From assembly GCF_001194135.2 (NCBI RefSeq), contig NC_069002.1, positions 179,570 to 243,569 of the forward strand: 64,000 nt of DNA, read 5' to 3'. Both the position numbers and the translations under genes were made by a program. A model generated the notes under the pieces. That model was given only the letters and a program-made list of their open reading frames with translations, ran no database searches and was not told the DNA's origin. Origin of the DNA: Octopus bimaculoides (taxonomy: Eukaryota). Below, piece by piece: positions 1-56,726 of this stretch; position 1 is the first letter of the stretch; every line of letters begins with the position of its first letter.

Positions 1-336
1 ACTATAGTACCTCATGATAAAATTTCCCATAGAATATCATCTTTGGCTTACAAGAGTCTTGCCTCTTTAATTGACAGTTAACATCTTGATTTAAGCTTTC
101 CTTTACCAAATCTCATTATATTGCTTCAAATTAATCTTGATAGTTTTATGACTATCCCCACTATGATTTCTGTCAACTCCCTCAGCCCCTTTCCTAACAG
201 ACACTGCGCCTTGTTCCTTGGCCTTGGATTTTTGATATACAAAGATTTGATAAACAAGACTATAAATTAAAACGGACCCCAAAAAACAGTGACAAGCTAG
301 ATTCCTAACAAGTCTTTTTTCCTGATACCTTAGTAA

Positions 337-549
337 CTTCTAAGCTGAAATGAAGACAGCATGTTCTTTGTCTATCTCCTTACCTTCTTGGAGGTTTTGG
401 GTAAAATTATACTAATGTGTCCATTTAATTAAATTCTATGTCTTTATGCAGCTGAGGATTGCTCTGCATTTAAATTGATAATTGATATAATGGTTGCATT
501 GTTCAATTAAATGGAGTCGCTTGAAATGATCGTACTGCGTTACCTCTGG
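337..549 (+). repeat. Dispersed repeat, directly repeated at 52835-53057
   Basis: cttctaagctgaa.tgaagacagcatgttctttgtctatc...tacctctgg present at both sites, roughly 90% identical by eye. Confidence 0.85.
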
Positions 550-1029
550 ATATCCTGTAGTTTATTTTGATATATATATATACTAAAACATATTTTAATG
601 TAATGTAAAATTGAAAACAAAAAAAAAAAGCTAATGTAGTCATGTGATATTTACCGACAGGAGACAGAGATGGAGCTCCTTCCATGAGGTTTTCATGATA
701 AATACCCAGTATTGATTGGATGTCTTTTTGGATCAGGTGAATCTGAAAGACAAAGTGACTTCAATATTTCAACAACAGTTTCATGATATGTAGCTTTACC
801 AGGTAAATATCACTAGAAACAGCCATGTCTCATCAACAATGTAATATACAATGCTGTTTGACGGCTACATTTTAAAACAATACTATTATGAATATGGCAT
901 TAAAATCAACATTATTTGAGAGTTCTATTTAAATGCAACACTTTGGGATGTTGAGTCTCACAGAGCCAATTGGGACTTTTGGTGATTTACTGTGCTTGAG
1001 AAGACACTTCAAGCTAAATGAAATAATAG

Positions 1030-1310
1030 TCATGGCCAATGCTGATGACATGTGAAAGGCACTTGTGCCAGTGACACGTGAGGGGCACCTGTGCTAGTGA
1101 CACATATAAGACACCCATGCCTGTGATGCATAAAAGACACCTAGTACACTCTATGGAATGGTTGGCATCAGGAAGGGCATCCAGCAGAGAAACCAAACCA
1201 GAACAGGCTGGAGCATGGTGCAGCTCTCTGGCTTGCCAGTTCCAGTTACACTAACTCAAGCCAGCATGGAAAATGAGGATGATGATGATGATGAGGAAGA
1301 TGAGGATGAA
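1030..1310 (+). mobile_element. RTE 3'-UTR-type repeat; related copies at about 14270-14630, 18500-18815, 30665-30885 (+) and 38020-38260, 63430-63575 (-)
   Basis: Shared gttggcatcaggaagggcatccagc...ccagcatggaaa...(gat)n signature. Confidence 0.7.
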
Positions 1311-1608
1311 AATGATGGTAATTGGATTGCTATGTTAAAAAAATAACCAAATTACTGCATTACAAAGTGATAATATATAATCAAGCAATACTATAATGAT
1401 TGATGCATTAAAGCAATATTATTTGAGAGCTACATTTAAAAGCAACACTATTATGATTGCAACATTATAAAGTGATAATATATGCCAATTACATAAAAAA
1501 ACAACTCTGTTCTGGTTACAACCCAGCAAATTGACACCAACACTGTATGACAACTAGACTCTAAAACAGTGACAAATGTTAAATCTAAAGGAACACTAAT
1601 GAAGTTAC

Positions 1609-45811
<44,203 letters not shown>

Positions 45812-48629
45812 GGTGATGGGTACATGAATGATACTCTCTGAGCAATCTGTAAATTAAAAAAAAACTAAATCAATCAAAATTAGTTTACTTTTCACAATAC
45901 AAATCTCTCTCTTTCTCTCTCTCTCTTTTTTTCCCTCTTCTCACGGCCACATACATCATTGATAATCACTGTCTTAACGTTCACTTTTCCATGTTTGCAT
46001 GGGGCAGATGGAATCTGTTGAGGCAGATATTTCCTGTGCAGATGCCCTTTCTGTCACCACCTCTCACCTGTTTCCAAGCAATGGAATATTCTACCATGGC
46101 CTTATGGAGTGATGTGGACAGACCGCTTGGCCTTCGGTGCTACAAAGTGCCTCAACGACCAACAGTTCTGCTCATAATACATATCAACCCTTTACCATTA
46201 TTCAGATTATTCTGTCAAACGTAACACTTGTGCATTCACATTATTTTCAATGACTCGTGTATTATCTTGTAGCTTTCAGATTTCAGTGATGTGACTGTTT
46301 AGTGGCATTTCATCTCTCCTAACGTTCTGAGTTCGAATTCCACCAAGGTCTACTTTGCCTTTCATCCTTTCAGGGTCAATAACAATAAGTACCAGTTGAG
46401 CCTTGAGGTTGATGTAATCCCTTGCCCCCTCCCCTGAACTTGATGGTCTTATGCGAAAATTTGAAATTGTTGTTAATGTTATCATCATTATCATTATTAT
46501 TATTATTATTAGCTGAGTGAAGAAGTGGACTGAAATAAAATACCAGAGTACAAAATGTCGTGTGATAGTTAGGGACATCACCGTACATACTGTGTTCAAG
46601 TCCCAGAAATGTAGATAAAATTGAATGACAAAGTCAGGAAGCATAAATGTTAAACTATTACAGGTGAAAAAAAAAAAAAACATTTTGAAAATATGTTAAT
46701 TAAATATAACAATATACTTTCAGAATAAAAAGAACAGAGCTTAATCTAATAAAGATTAAGTTCATTAGCAGTAATTTAATTGCTAACATCTTTTCTCATT
46801 AAGCTATTGACACTAGTTTTTGTTTCTGATTGTTTTTTCTCTTTAATATTTTTGCCATCTCTGACATCATCAGCAGTAGCAGCAATGCTGTTTGAATGTT
46901 CGTTACATGCGTGTGAGTGTGTGTGTATGTGTGTGTGAGTGCGCACATGGCTTATAGTTTCCTGGCCTTTCTATTAAACCCTTTAGCATTCAAATTACAC
47001 TTTTTCGAATGTAATGTAGAAGAAGAAGAATCCTTTCTAAAGAAGAAGAAGAAGAAGAATCCTTTCTACTCTAGGTAGAAGGCCTGAAATTTTTAGGGAG
47101 AGGGGGCTAGTCAATGCCATCAACCCCAGTACTTGACTGGTACTTATTTCATTAACCTTGAAAAGATGAAAGGCAAAGTTGACCTTGGCAGAATTTGAAG
47201 CCAGAATGTAAAGACGAGCAAATTGTCACTAAGCACTTTGCCCACTGTGCTAACAATTCTGCCAGCTCACCACCTTCGTTTAAAATTTTGGCACAAGGCC
47301 AGCAATTTTAGGAGAGTGGGTAAGTCAATTACATCGACCCCAGTGTTCAGCTGGTACTTATTTTATCAACCCTGAAAGGATGAAAGCCAGAGTTGACTTA
47401 ATGATGATGATGATGATGATAATAATAATAATAATTCCCAGTAGAAGTGATACCAAAGGTTTGCCTCCTTGGCGGAGCCAAAATAATCAGGAAAGTATTA
47501 GATAGCTGAAAAGAATGGATAGCATGGTACCGTAGGCTGCAGATAGCAAGCCCTCTATGCATGCAAGACTCCAGGAGTTACAACAAAGCCTGAGATGAAA
47601 AGAATAAACAATAATAGAAGAAGAAGAACTGTTTATTATTTCGGAGAAGACTATCAATTTTGAGAGGAGGAGGAGGGTCAGTCGATGCTATTGACCTCAG
47701 CTCTTTGACCTCAGCTCTTGACCAGTATCTTATTTTATTGACTCAAGAAAAAAAAAAAAGGCAAAGTTGCCCTCAGCAGGATTTGAAACCAGAACATAAT
47801 GAATCAGGAGAAATAGCACCAATCATTTTGTCAGCTTAAAAGAACAAGGCCAGCAGTTTTGATGGGTGCGACATGGGTTCTAGTCTGTTACAATGACTTC
47901 GGTATTCACTTGGTACTTTATTTTATTGATCTTGAAAAGATGACAGATTTGAGCAGAATAGGATTTGAAACCAGAACTTAAAGAGATGAAAGCAATACAG
48001 CAAGGTGTCTCCTCATAGATTCTAACAATTCTCACCACACCTCACCACCCTCTGTCCAAAAGTGACAATAATTACAATTTTCATTTTTCAATCAGTAAAA
48101 TATATTTATCAACAAAATTGCAAATTTTGTAACTTAACAAAATAATGATAATAATAAACAACTGGTAAAAGAAATACATTTATGGTATATACACATATGC
48201 ACATATACACATGCACGCACACAAAACAGCATAATCAAAACCAAAAGTGAAGCGAATTGTATATTTGATCAGGTCTAGTTTTGATGGTTGAGATAGAAAT
48301 TTTCTTTAATAAATAGATGATATCAAGAAAAGCTATTTATAAAGGCAAAGGAAGAAAACAGTTTATGAGCATGATGATGATGATGATATTAAAAGTAATG
48401 GTAATAATGATTTTATCAATGCCATAATAAATGTATTGTGCTGCTTCTTCGATCATAGAAATAACTATAGCAACACATTGCAAGATAGCACAGGACTAAC
48501 TACAACATATGGTAGGGTAGGATGAAATGCAGAAGTGTGTGTGTGTGTGTGTGTGTGTGGTAAAATTAGCCATCATGGATTTATAATATGGTATGCTTTG
48601 ATGTGTGTGTGTGTGTGTGTGTGCTTTTT

Positions 48630-48970
48630 ACATGCCACTGGGATGGGTGCCTGTCATGTAACTGGCACCCGTGCTGGTGGCACCCTTCAAACTATGGACC
48701 TCATAGAGGCAGTGACAAGTGACCAAGACCTTTGGCAACATACTGTCCTGGGGAAGACCTGTCAAGCCAAGGGAGATCACAGTTGTGGCTGATGTTGGTG
48801 TTTCATAACTGGCACCTGAGCCATTGGCATTGGGAAGGGCATCCAGCTGTAAAAACCATGCCAAATCAGAGACTGGAGCGTGGTGCATCTCCCCAGCTTA
48901 CCAGTTTTCAGTCAGACCGTCCAACCCATACCAGCATGAAAAACAGATGTTAAATGATGATGATGATGTA
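48630..48970 (+). mobile_element. RTE LINE 3' end remnant
   Basis: Encodes EAVTSDQDLWQHTVLGKTCQAK, matching the end of the 11.4-11.9 kb ORF, followed by the same 3' UTR and (GAT)n tail. Confidence 0.75.
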
Positions 48971-49150
48971 TATATATATATGTGTGTATGTGTGTGTGTG
49001 GTTGTGTGGTAAGTAGTTTGCTTTCCAACCACATGCTTCCAGGTTCAGTCTCATTGCGTGGCACCTTGGGCAAGTGTCTTCTACTATAGCTTCAGGCCAA
49101 ACCAAAGCTTTGTGAGTGGATTTTGTAAACAGAAACTGAAAGAAGCCCAT

Positions 49151-49185
<35 letters not shown>

Positions 49186-50469
49186 AAACTTGCATAAACA
49201 TACATTTTCTGGCGGTAGAATAGCAGAATCAGTTGAGCAACAAGAAAAAAAAATCGTTTGTGGCATTTTGTTGTTTGACTTTGTTCCCCGAGTTCAAATC
49301 TTGCCAAGGCAAACTTTGCGTTTCAACATTGACCAGAGGCGGTCTTGCAATGATCTACCCATTATTTCGGCGCTGTTTCATTAGAATTACATTATCTAAA
49401 GTGTTCTTTCCTTATCTATGATGGCAGGGTGTGGTTTGAGAAAGATTTGGCTGCTATTTCTAGTATGTCGAGTGATCGCATATGTTACTCGTGTGTTAGT
49501 CGCATTATTTTACCCATGAGTTAAACTGAAAAAAACATCGGGTGTGCGACTAAGTACGGTATTTACGTGTACCACTGAGAAAGTTGCAAGGCGATCGCTC
49601 GATCCGCTAAAAATAGCAACCAAATCTCTTTCAGCTAACACTAACGTTTTTGTATAAGGACAAATCAGATAACCGAGTTCTATATTTACAGCGACTGAAT
49701 GGTCATATTTGGAAGAGCTTCGCTCATTTGTATGCGCGAATGAGGCTGGCCATAGAATTCCTACATTTTCAAGTGTGTTCAATTTCGTAAAGAACGATTA
49801 GCATATTCTTCGTAATATTATTTTCAAATGTTGGCACAAGGCCAACAAGTTCAGTGGGAGAGATTAAGTCAATTACATTTACCCCCAGTGATCAACTGAG
49901 ACTTATTTTATCGGCCCCGAAAGGATGAAACACAAAGTCGACTTCGGCGGAATTTGAACTCAGAGCATAATGACGGACGAAATGCAGCTAAACATTTTGC
50001 CAGTTCACCACTTTATATTCTTTGTAATATTAAAGAGAATTGTAAGACAGCAAGCAGGCAGAATTGGTAGCATGCCGAGCGATATGTCTAGTGGCATTTG
50101 ATCCATCTTCACGTTCTGAGTTCAAATTCCGCCGGGGTCGACTTCATTTTTCTGGGTCGATAAAACAAGTACCTAGAATTACTGACCTTATGCCAAAATT
50201 TGAAACCGATATGAAGGAGAATATTAAGGTTGGCAGACGGGGCAAAATGTCTTCACATTCTGATTTCAAATTCCGCCGAGGTCAGTTTTGCCTTTCATCC
50301 TTCTTGGATCGATAAAGTAAGTACCAGCTGAAAACTGAAGTCGATTTAAGAGATTTAGCGCCTCCGCAAACCTGCTGGCCTTGTGCCAGAATGTGAAGAG
50401 AATCTTAACTAATTAAATAAATTATTAAGGAAAATCTTAAATAACTGTCACATTTAATGTCGTAATAGC

Positions 50470-50502
<33 letters not shown>

Positions 50503-50829
50503 CCTTTCTCTCTCTCTCTCTCACACACACAAAGTCGCACACAACTATACAGAAAAATATACGTGCATGCACACATAAACTCACACACACAACACGGAAA
50601 ACGTGCAAACGCAAACAACAAATATACAGACGCACATAAACACACGGGAAACCTACGCATACACAGATTCACGCAGGAATCTACATATGCCCAAATACAA
50701 ACACAAGGGCACGGAAATACACACACTAATTAAATCCAATATACTTATCAATTAAAATTTGTAATTATGTCAGAAAATTAAACTATAACGATGCAGCAGA
50801 GAAAAATATGGAGGCAATTAAGACTTTAC

Positions 50830-51190
50830 CTGTGCACAGGTGGTGTGTTAGTATACGAACATGATGGGTGTCGAGAGACAGACGTCACGGACGGGAGTCG
50901 CATATATAATATATTTACATTTACATAGAGTTAGTGGGAGGGAAATATTGAAAATGAAAGTATAAAACGAGAACGTAGGCAATGGAGATGTTTTTTTCAG
51001 GCGATAGGAAATGTCATTTTAACTGAAGTATCCACCAGGGATTCGGCGGAATTAGTCCAGTGCTGCAATATGGTTTCTTGGAAGCGATGTGCCCGGTAAA
51101 GATAGCAAACAGCTGGAGTAATTTGGAAGAAATACTATGGAGGAGGATATGCGAATAGACTACTACGTTCTTCGATGTTTCCATGCGTGT

Positions 51191-51200
<10 letters not shown>
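50830..51200 (-). promoter_or_regulatory. Candidate non-coding first exon and promoter region of VPS13
   Basis: Coding exon 1 has an acceptor upstream of the ATG, so an upstream exon is implied. There is a good minus-strand donor CAG|GTAAAG at 50830/50829 inside a CpG-retaining zone, plus a CRE-like TGACGTC at about 50881-50887. TSS position is unknown. Confidence 0.45.
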
Positions 51201-51230
<30 letters not shown>

Positions 51231-51694
51231 GCATTCCTACACAAGCGTGCCCACCACCACCAACTTTGTTTCCTCGTAATTTTCAGAAAAATTGATATTT
51301 AAAAAAAAAAAACGAAATTTTCAACAAATTCGTTTCAGTTCAAGAAGAATCCGATTGAATCAGAATTTGTTGGGAAATAAAGTTTTTTTTTTTTTTTTTT
51401 CACACAAGTCAGCTTTGTTTCCTCATAACTTTCAAAAAACTGGGTATTTTTTTAGTGAAATTTTATATGAACCTTTCAGAATGCATACATTACGATTATA
51501 TCATCATTCAATTTATCTATGCTTTTATTCTTTTACTTGTTTCTGTCATTTGACAGCGGCCAAGCTGGAGCACCGCCTTGAAGGGCTTTAGTCAAACAAA
51601 TCGATCCCAGGACTTATTTTTAAAGCCTAGTACTTATTCCATCAGTCTCTTTTGTTGAACTGCTAAGCTATGGAGACATAAACACAGCAATTGG

Positions 51695-51800
51695 AGGCGC
51701 ATGGCTTGGTGGTTAGGGTGTTAGACTCACGACCTTAAGATTGTGGTTTCAATTCCTAGACCAGGCAATGCATTGTGTTCTTGAGCAAAAACATTTCACG
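51695..51800 (+). mobile_element. SINE family 3 head (tRNA-like); also at about 7970-8055 (+) and 52170-52275 (-)
   Basis: gcatggcttggtggttagggtgttagactcacga...ggtttcaattcct..accaggc...ttgagcaaaa shared among the three sites. Confidence 0.6.
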
Positions 51801-52004
51801 TCATGTTAGATAGATAGATAGATAGATATAACATGAGGATGGAAATTCATAGGCATTATGAATATATCACATGTTTTACACCATCATTAGGTTGCAATTT
51901 TACTTGCTCTGTTTCCAACATGAGTGTTTCCTCAGGAACTGCAGTAGTAAATTTCTGCTAGCCAGATTTAATGACCTTAAAGACATTCACTATTTTACAC
52001 CACT

Positions 52005-52042
<38 letters not shown>

Positions 52043-54668
52043 ACAGATGAAGGCTAGTGATCAAATGTTTCCACTGTACATTAGGTGGCTCCCTCCATCA
52101 AATTGACATTACCTGTCCAGGTGCGCAGAGTGCCATACAGCAGATGTCAAAATGATCGCAGAGCAACGTGAAATAAATTTTTTTGCCAAGAACACAACGC
52201 ACTGCCTGGTCCAGAAATTGAAACCGCAATCTTGTGATCATGAGCACAACACCCTAACCAGTAGGCCATGTAATTTCAATACACACACACATATGCGTGT
52301 GTGTGTGTGTGTAAGCATATGATTGTGTCTATATTTGTTTTACATTCCATAGAAATCTCATGAACATCATGTGCACAAGGTGTTACAAAATTGTCACGAG
52401 CAACTCACATTACAAAGACTGTTTATCTTTTATCACACATGTAAAAACAAAAGTAAGCAACTTTAATACGTCTGTCTTCAACCTAATAACATACAATGTT
52501 TTGTTTGTGTTTTTTTACCTGAAAATTGGTAAAAAAAAAATAATAATGATATTAACTTTCACAAAGAGAAGGAAAACAGAAAAATAAATTATTATTATTA
52601 TTTCTCTTTTTGAATAAACAAAAATTTGTTTCAATGGTTTTATATGAGTTCTTTGACCTTGTTTTTGACTTGTTTCAGTCATGAGACTGTGACCATGCTG
52701 GAGTGTAACCTTGGAAGAATTTTTAGTTGACTACATCGTCCCTTGGGCTTTTTTCTTTAAAAAACTTGTTACTTATTCTATTAGTCATGTCTGCCTAACT
52801 GCTAATGGTCTGCATTTGCACTTCAGCTTAGAAGCTTCTAAGCTGAAGTGAAGACAGCATGTTCTTTGTCTATCACCTTACCTTCTTGGAGGTTTTAGGT
52901 AAAATTATACTAATGTGTCCATCTGTTTTAATTTAATTCAATTTTATGTCTTTGTGCAGCTGAGGATTGCTCTGCATTTAAATTGATAATTGATGTAATG
53001 GTTGCATTGTTCAATTAAATGGAGTTGCTTGAAACGATCATACTGCATTACCTCTGGGAATGAGTATTTAAGTAGCAGTAAGAAAGTAGAGAGAGGGGGA
53101 AGGAGGGAGAGACAGACAGACAGAGTGAGAGAAAGAGAGACAAAACAGCTGTTAGCCCAATCACAATGACCATGGTGATGCAGATGATGATATGTGTGTT
53201 TATGTTACGCTAGAAAGATGCTAATTTGAATACTAAAAATAGATATTTCTTACAGTTGGTAACCTACCAATGATATTCATGGATTTAACAAGATCAATGT
53301 GTGAACAGTTCAAAGGTCTCTTAACATATTGATGCCTAATGGGTTACTTACAAAATATGAAAGTTCACATTTGTGAAACATAAATGTCAAACACTGAAAG
53401 CTGTTAAATTCTATGTAGAAATGTATTTAGATTTCAGATTTGCTCCTGAATAATTTTGTAGATATAACTCCCGCCAGGAGGGGAAAATATAGAGGTCCAA
53501 TAGACAAGGAGTTACAATTTCACTCAAGCCTTGCATAATTCAGGTTCTCTACAGTCAGATCAGATCAGATAACAAATATGTAAGACACTCTTCATAGGTG
53601 ATTGTCATTGTCGTTTTAATGGCCACTTTTCCATGTTTGCATGAGTTGTTTGAAATTTCATTGAGGCAGATTTTCTTTGGACAGCTGTTCTTCTTGTTAA
53701 CAACCCTTACTTGGTGATATTTTCCCAGCACCAGATGTGTTTTCATGGAAGACTGAAAACAAAGGACACTGCTTGTATGAAGGTGATTCTCATTTACAAT
53801 TATCACCCAATGTCAAAAAAGGAGTCAGTAACACACACACACACACACACAAGCCCTCCACTCCACACATATATATAGATATATGACGGGCTTCCTTTCA
53901 GTTTCTCTCTGCCAAACCCACTCACAAGGCTTTGGATAGCCTAGAGCTGTAGTAGAAAAAAATTTGCCCAAAGTGCCATGCAGTGGGACTGAACCTGCAA
54001 TTATGTGGTTGAGAAGGAATATGTATGTATGTATACACACACACACACACACATACAAGCATGTACATATGAGTAGACTGATATACAAACGATGGTGTGA
54101 TCATGATTAAAATGCCTTTCTTTGATCAGAGGTTTGTTCAGTCATGCCTGACCTGTGGCTACAACATTCACATGGCATTATAACACTGAAATAGAATAGC
54201 TAAAATGAAGAGGAAGATATCTTCTTTGTCGCAAATCAGAATGATGATGATGATGATGATGATGATGATGCTGCAATCAGTGATGATGACAACAACCATG
54301 AGTAGGAGGAGGGGGAGGAGGGCATCAGTGTTACATTGCTATGCCGTAAGAGAATTGTGGTTAGCTGAAGCAATAGTATTTTGACAAGTAAACAAGCCAG
54401 ACAGAATGGCTGGAAGAAGAAGAAGAAGATCACATCACATGACAACAGTACATATCTATTAGCCTCTCACAATAAGGGTTTCAAATTTTGGCACAAGGCC
54501 AGCAATTTTTTTNNNNNNNNNNGGGGGGTAAGTTGATTATTTCACTAGCAGGGATCAACTGGTTGGTACACATGTTATCGACTCCTGAAGGGATTAAAGG
54601 CAAAATGCCAGAAGAAATGCAGTTAAGCATTTTGTCTGATGCACCGATGATTCTGCCAGCACACTGCC

Positions 54669-54700
<32 letters not shown>

Positions 54701-54935
54701 CCTTTCTACCATAGGCACAAGGTTCTGAAATTTTACGGGAGGGGACTAGTCAATTACAACGACCCCAATGTTTCACTGGTACTTAATTTACAGACCCTGA
54801 AAGGATGAAAGGTAAAGTTGACCTCAGTGTAATTTGAACTCAAAACATAGCAACGGGTGAAATACTGCTAATCTTTTCCTCCAGTGTGCTAACAACTCTG
54901 CCGGCTTGCCACTAGCTCACTGCCGTAACAATAAC

Positions 54936-54983
<48 letters not shown>

Positions 54984-55588
54984 TCCTAATTCTTTCCCCT
55001 ATAGGCACATGGCCTGAAATTTGAGGATGGGGACTAGTTGATTACACTGATCCCAGTGCTCAACTTGTCCTTTATTTTATCAGCCGCAAAAGGGTAAACG
55101 GCACAGTTGACCTCTGCAGCATTTGAACTCAAAACACAAAGAACTGGAAAAACTGCCACTGAGCCTTTTGTACAACACCTTAACGATTCTGCCAGCTTGC
55201 TACTGTTACACCATGATAATAACAATAATAATAACAATATAATAGTAAGTTATTTGAATTGATTAGGAAAATGGAATAGTCTAACCATGACAACAGGCAT
55301 AAACAATGATTCTGTCAGGGAAAAATTAAACAAAGCCATGATCAATAGAAAATAACAATGCACAGAACTGTCACTCGGCATCAGGATGGAGTTGAGAGAA
55401 TTGAGAAAGTTGTAGGGAACGGGAAGAGGAGAAAATGCTCAAACGCCTGATCACGTCAGAAGAATCTCCAGTTTACACAATATATGCACACATACATACA
55501 TACAGATAGACATACATACATATAGATGTACATACATGTATATACACACACAAACCTAAATGCAGGTAGTATATGTGTATGTGTGTTG

Positions 55589-55906
55589 CCGTTAAAGTAT
55601 ATAATTCAGTTGTTTCATGGAATAACTAGGTTATTTCAAGAACAGCCACGGCTCTACGTGACCCTCACATCCCAAGGGGGTCCGGATTATATTAGGGGGC
55701 AAGAGACGGCGGTCGGACCCGCAGCGGACGGACAAGCCGGCGGTCGCTGTCGCGTACCCGCAGAGTCATTCGGAGCGACCGAATTCAGACCGACGCTTAG
55801 GCGGCGGACGACGGTTAGGCGGCGGGCCTCCGCCGGCGAACTTGGCCAGGTAGTTCTTGAAATACCTAGTTATTCCATGAAATAACTGAATTATATACTT
55901 TAACGG
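55589..55906. mobile_element. Unclassified MITE/foldback element with 54-55 bp TIRs and a GC-rich core
   Basis: CCGTTAAAGTATATAATTCAGTTGTTTCATGGAATAACTAGGTTATTTCAAGAAC (55589-55643) matches the reverse complement of 55853-55906 with 1 mismatch and 1 indel. Confidence 0.8.
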
Positions 55907-56294
55907 TCACATACACACACACACGCATGCACACATACACGCACATACACACCCACACACACCCACACACACGTTTGAGAGAAGGAACGAAATAATAAAA
56001 AGAAGGTTAAGCTATCGCTTATCCCTTCTATTAATCTTCTTATAGGTTACTAACACAATTTATTCATTTATGTTTCAAAAACAATAAAACCAGTTGTTTT
56101 TTTTTTTTTCTTAAGCATTTCTACATCAGGGAGCACCTTGTTTATAGGGATGAAAAGCAATCATTCGTAATTTTTGTAATTAAACAAAAGAATTGTGTTT
56201 TAGTGTTGAAGCTTTAAAATATGGTTCAACAATTCAAATGCATAGATTTAATATATGATAGTAGGACTACGATAACAAAATTCTCTTGAGGACT

Positions 56295-56726
56295 NNNNNN
56301 NNNNNNNNNNNNNNNNNNNNNNNNNNNNNNNNNNNNNNNNNNNNNNNNNNNNNNNNNNNNNNNNNNNNNNNNNNNNNNNNNNNNNNNNNNNNNNNNNNNN
56401 NNNNNNNNNNNNNNNNNNNNNNNNNNNNNNNNNNNNNNNNNNNNNNNNNNNNNNNNNNNNNNNNNNNNNNNNNNNNNNNNNNNNNNNNNNNNNNNNNNNN
56501 NNNNNNNNNNNNNNNNNNNNNNNNNNNNNNNNNNNNNNNNNNNNNNNNNNNNNNNNNNNNNNNNNNNNNNNNNNNNNNNNNNNNNNNNNNNNNNNNNNNN
56601 NNNNNNNNNNNNNNNNNNNNNNNNNNNNNNNNNNNNNNNNNNNNNNNNNNNNNNNNNNNNNNNNNNNNNNNNNNNNNNNNNNNNNNNNNNNNNNNNNNNN
56701 NNNNNNNNNNNNNNNNNNNNNNNNNN
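56295..56726. other. Assembly gap (N run); others at 6460-6597, 11431-11586, 27532-27601, 44955-45273 and 60132-60486, plus short 10-15 nt runs
   Basis: N characters, mostly flanked by microsatellites or young RTE copies. Confidence 0.98.

Noticed and set aside
1-1608. Search for VPS13 exon 36
   Set aside because: No phase-0 exon with a VPS13-like peptide was found; the region is repeat-derived, so the next exon probably lies beyond the window.
55526-55885. 119-aa plus-strand ORF across the GC-rich element
   Set aside because: It starts in a microsatellite and is open mainly because GC-rich sequence has few stops; no motif.
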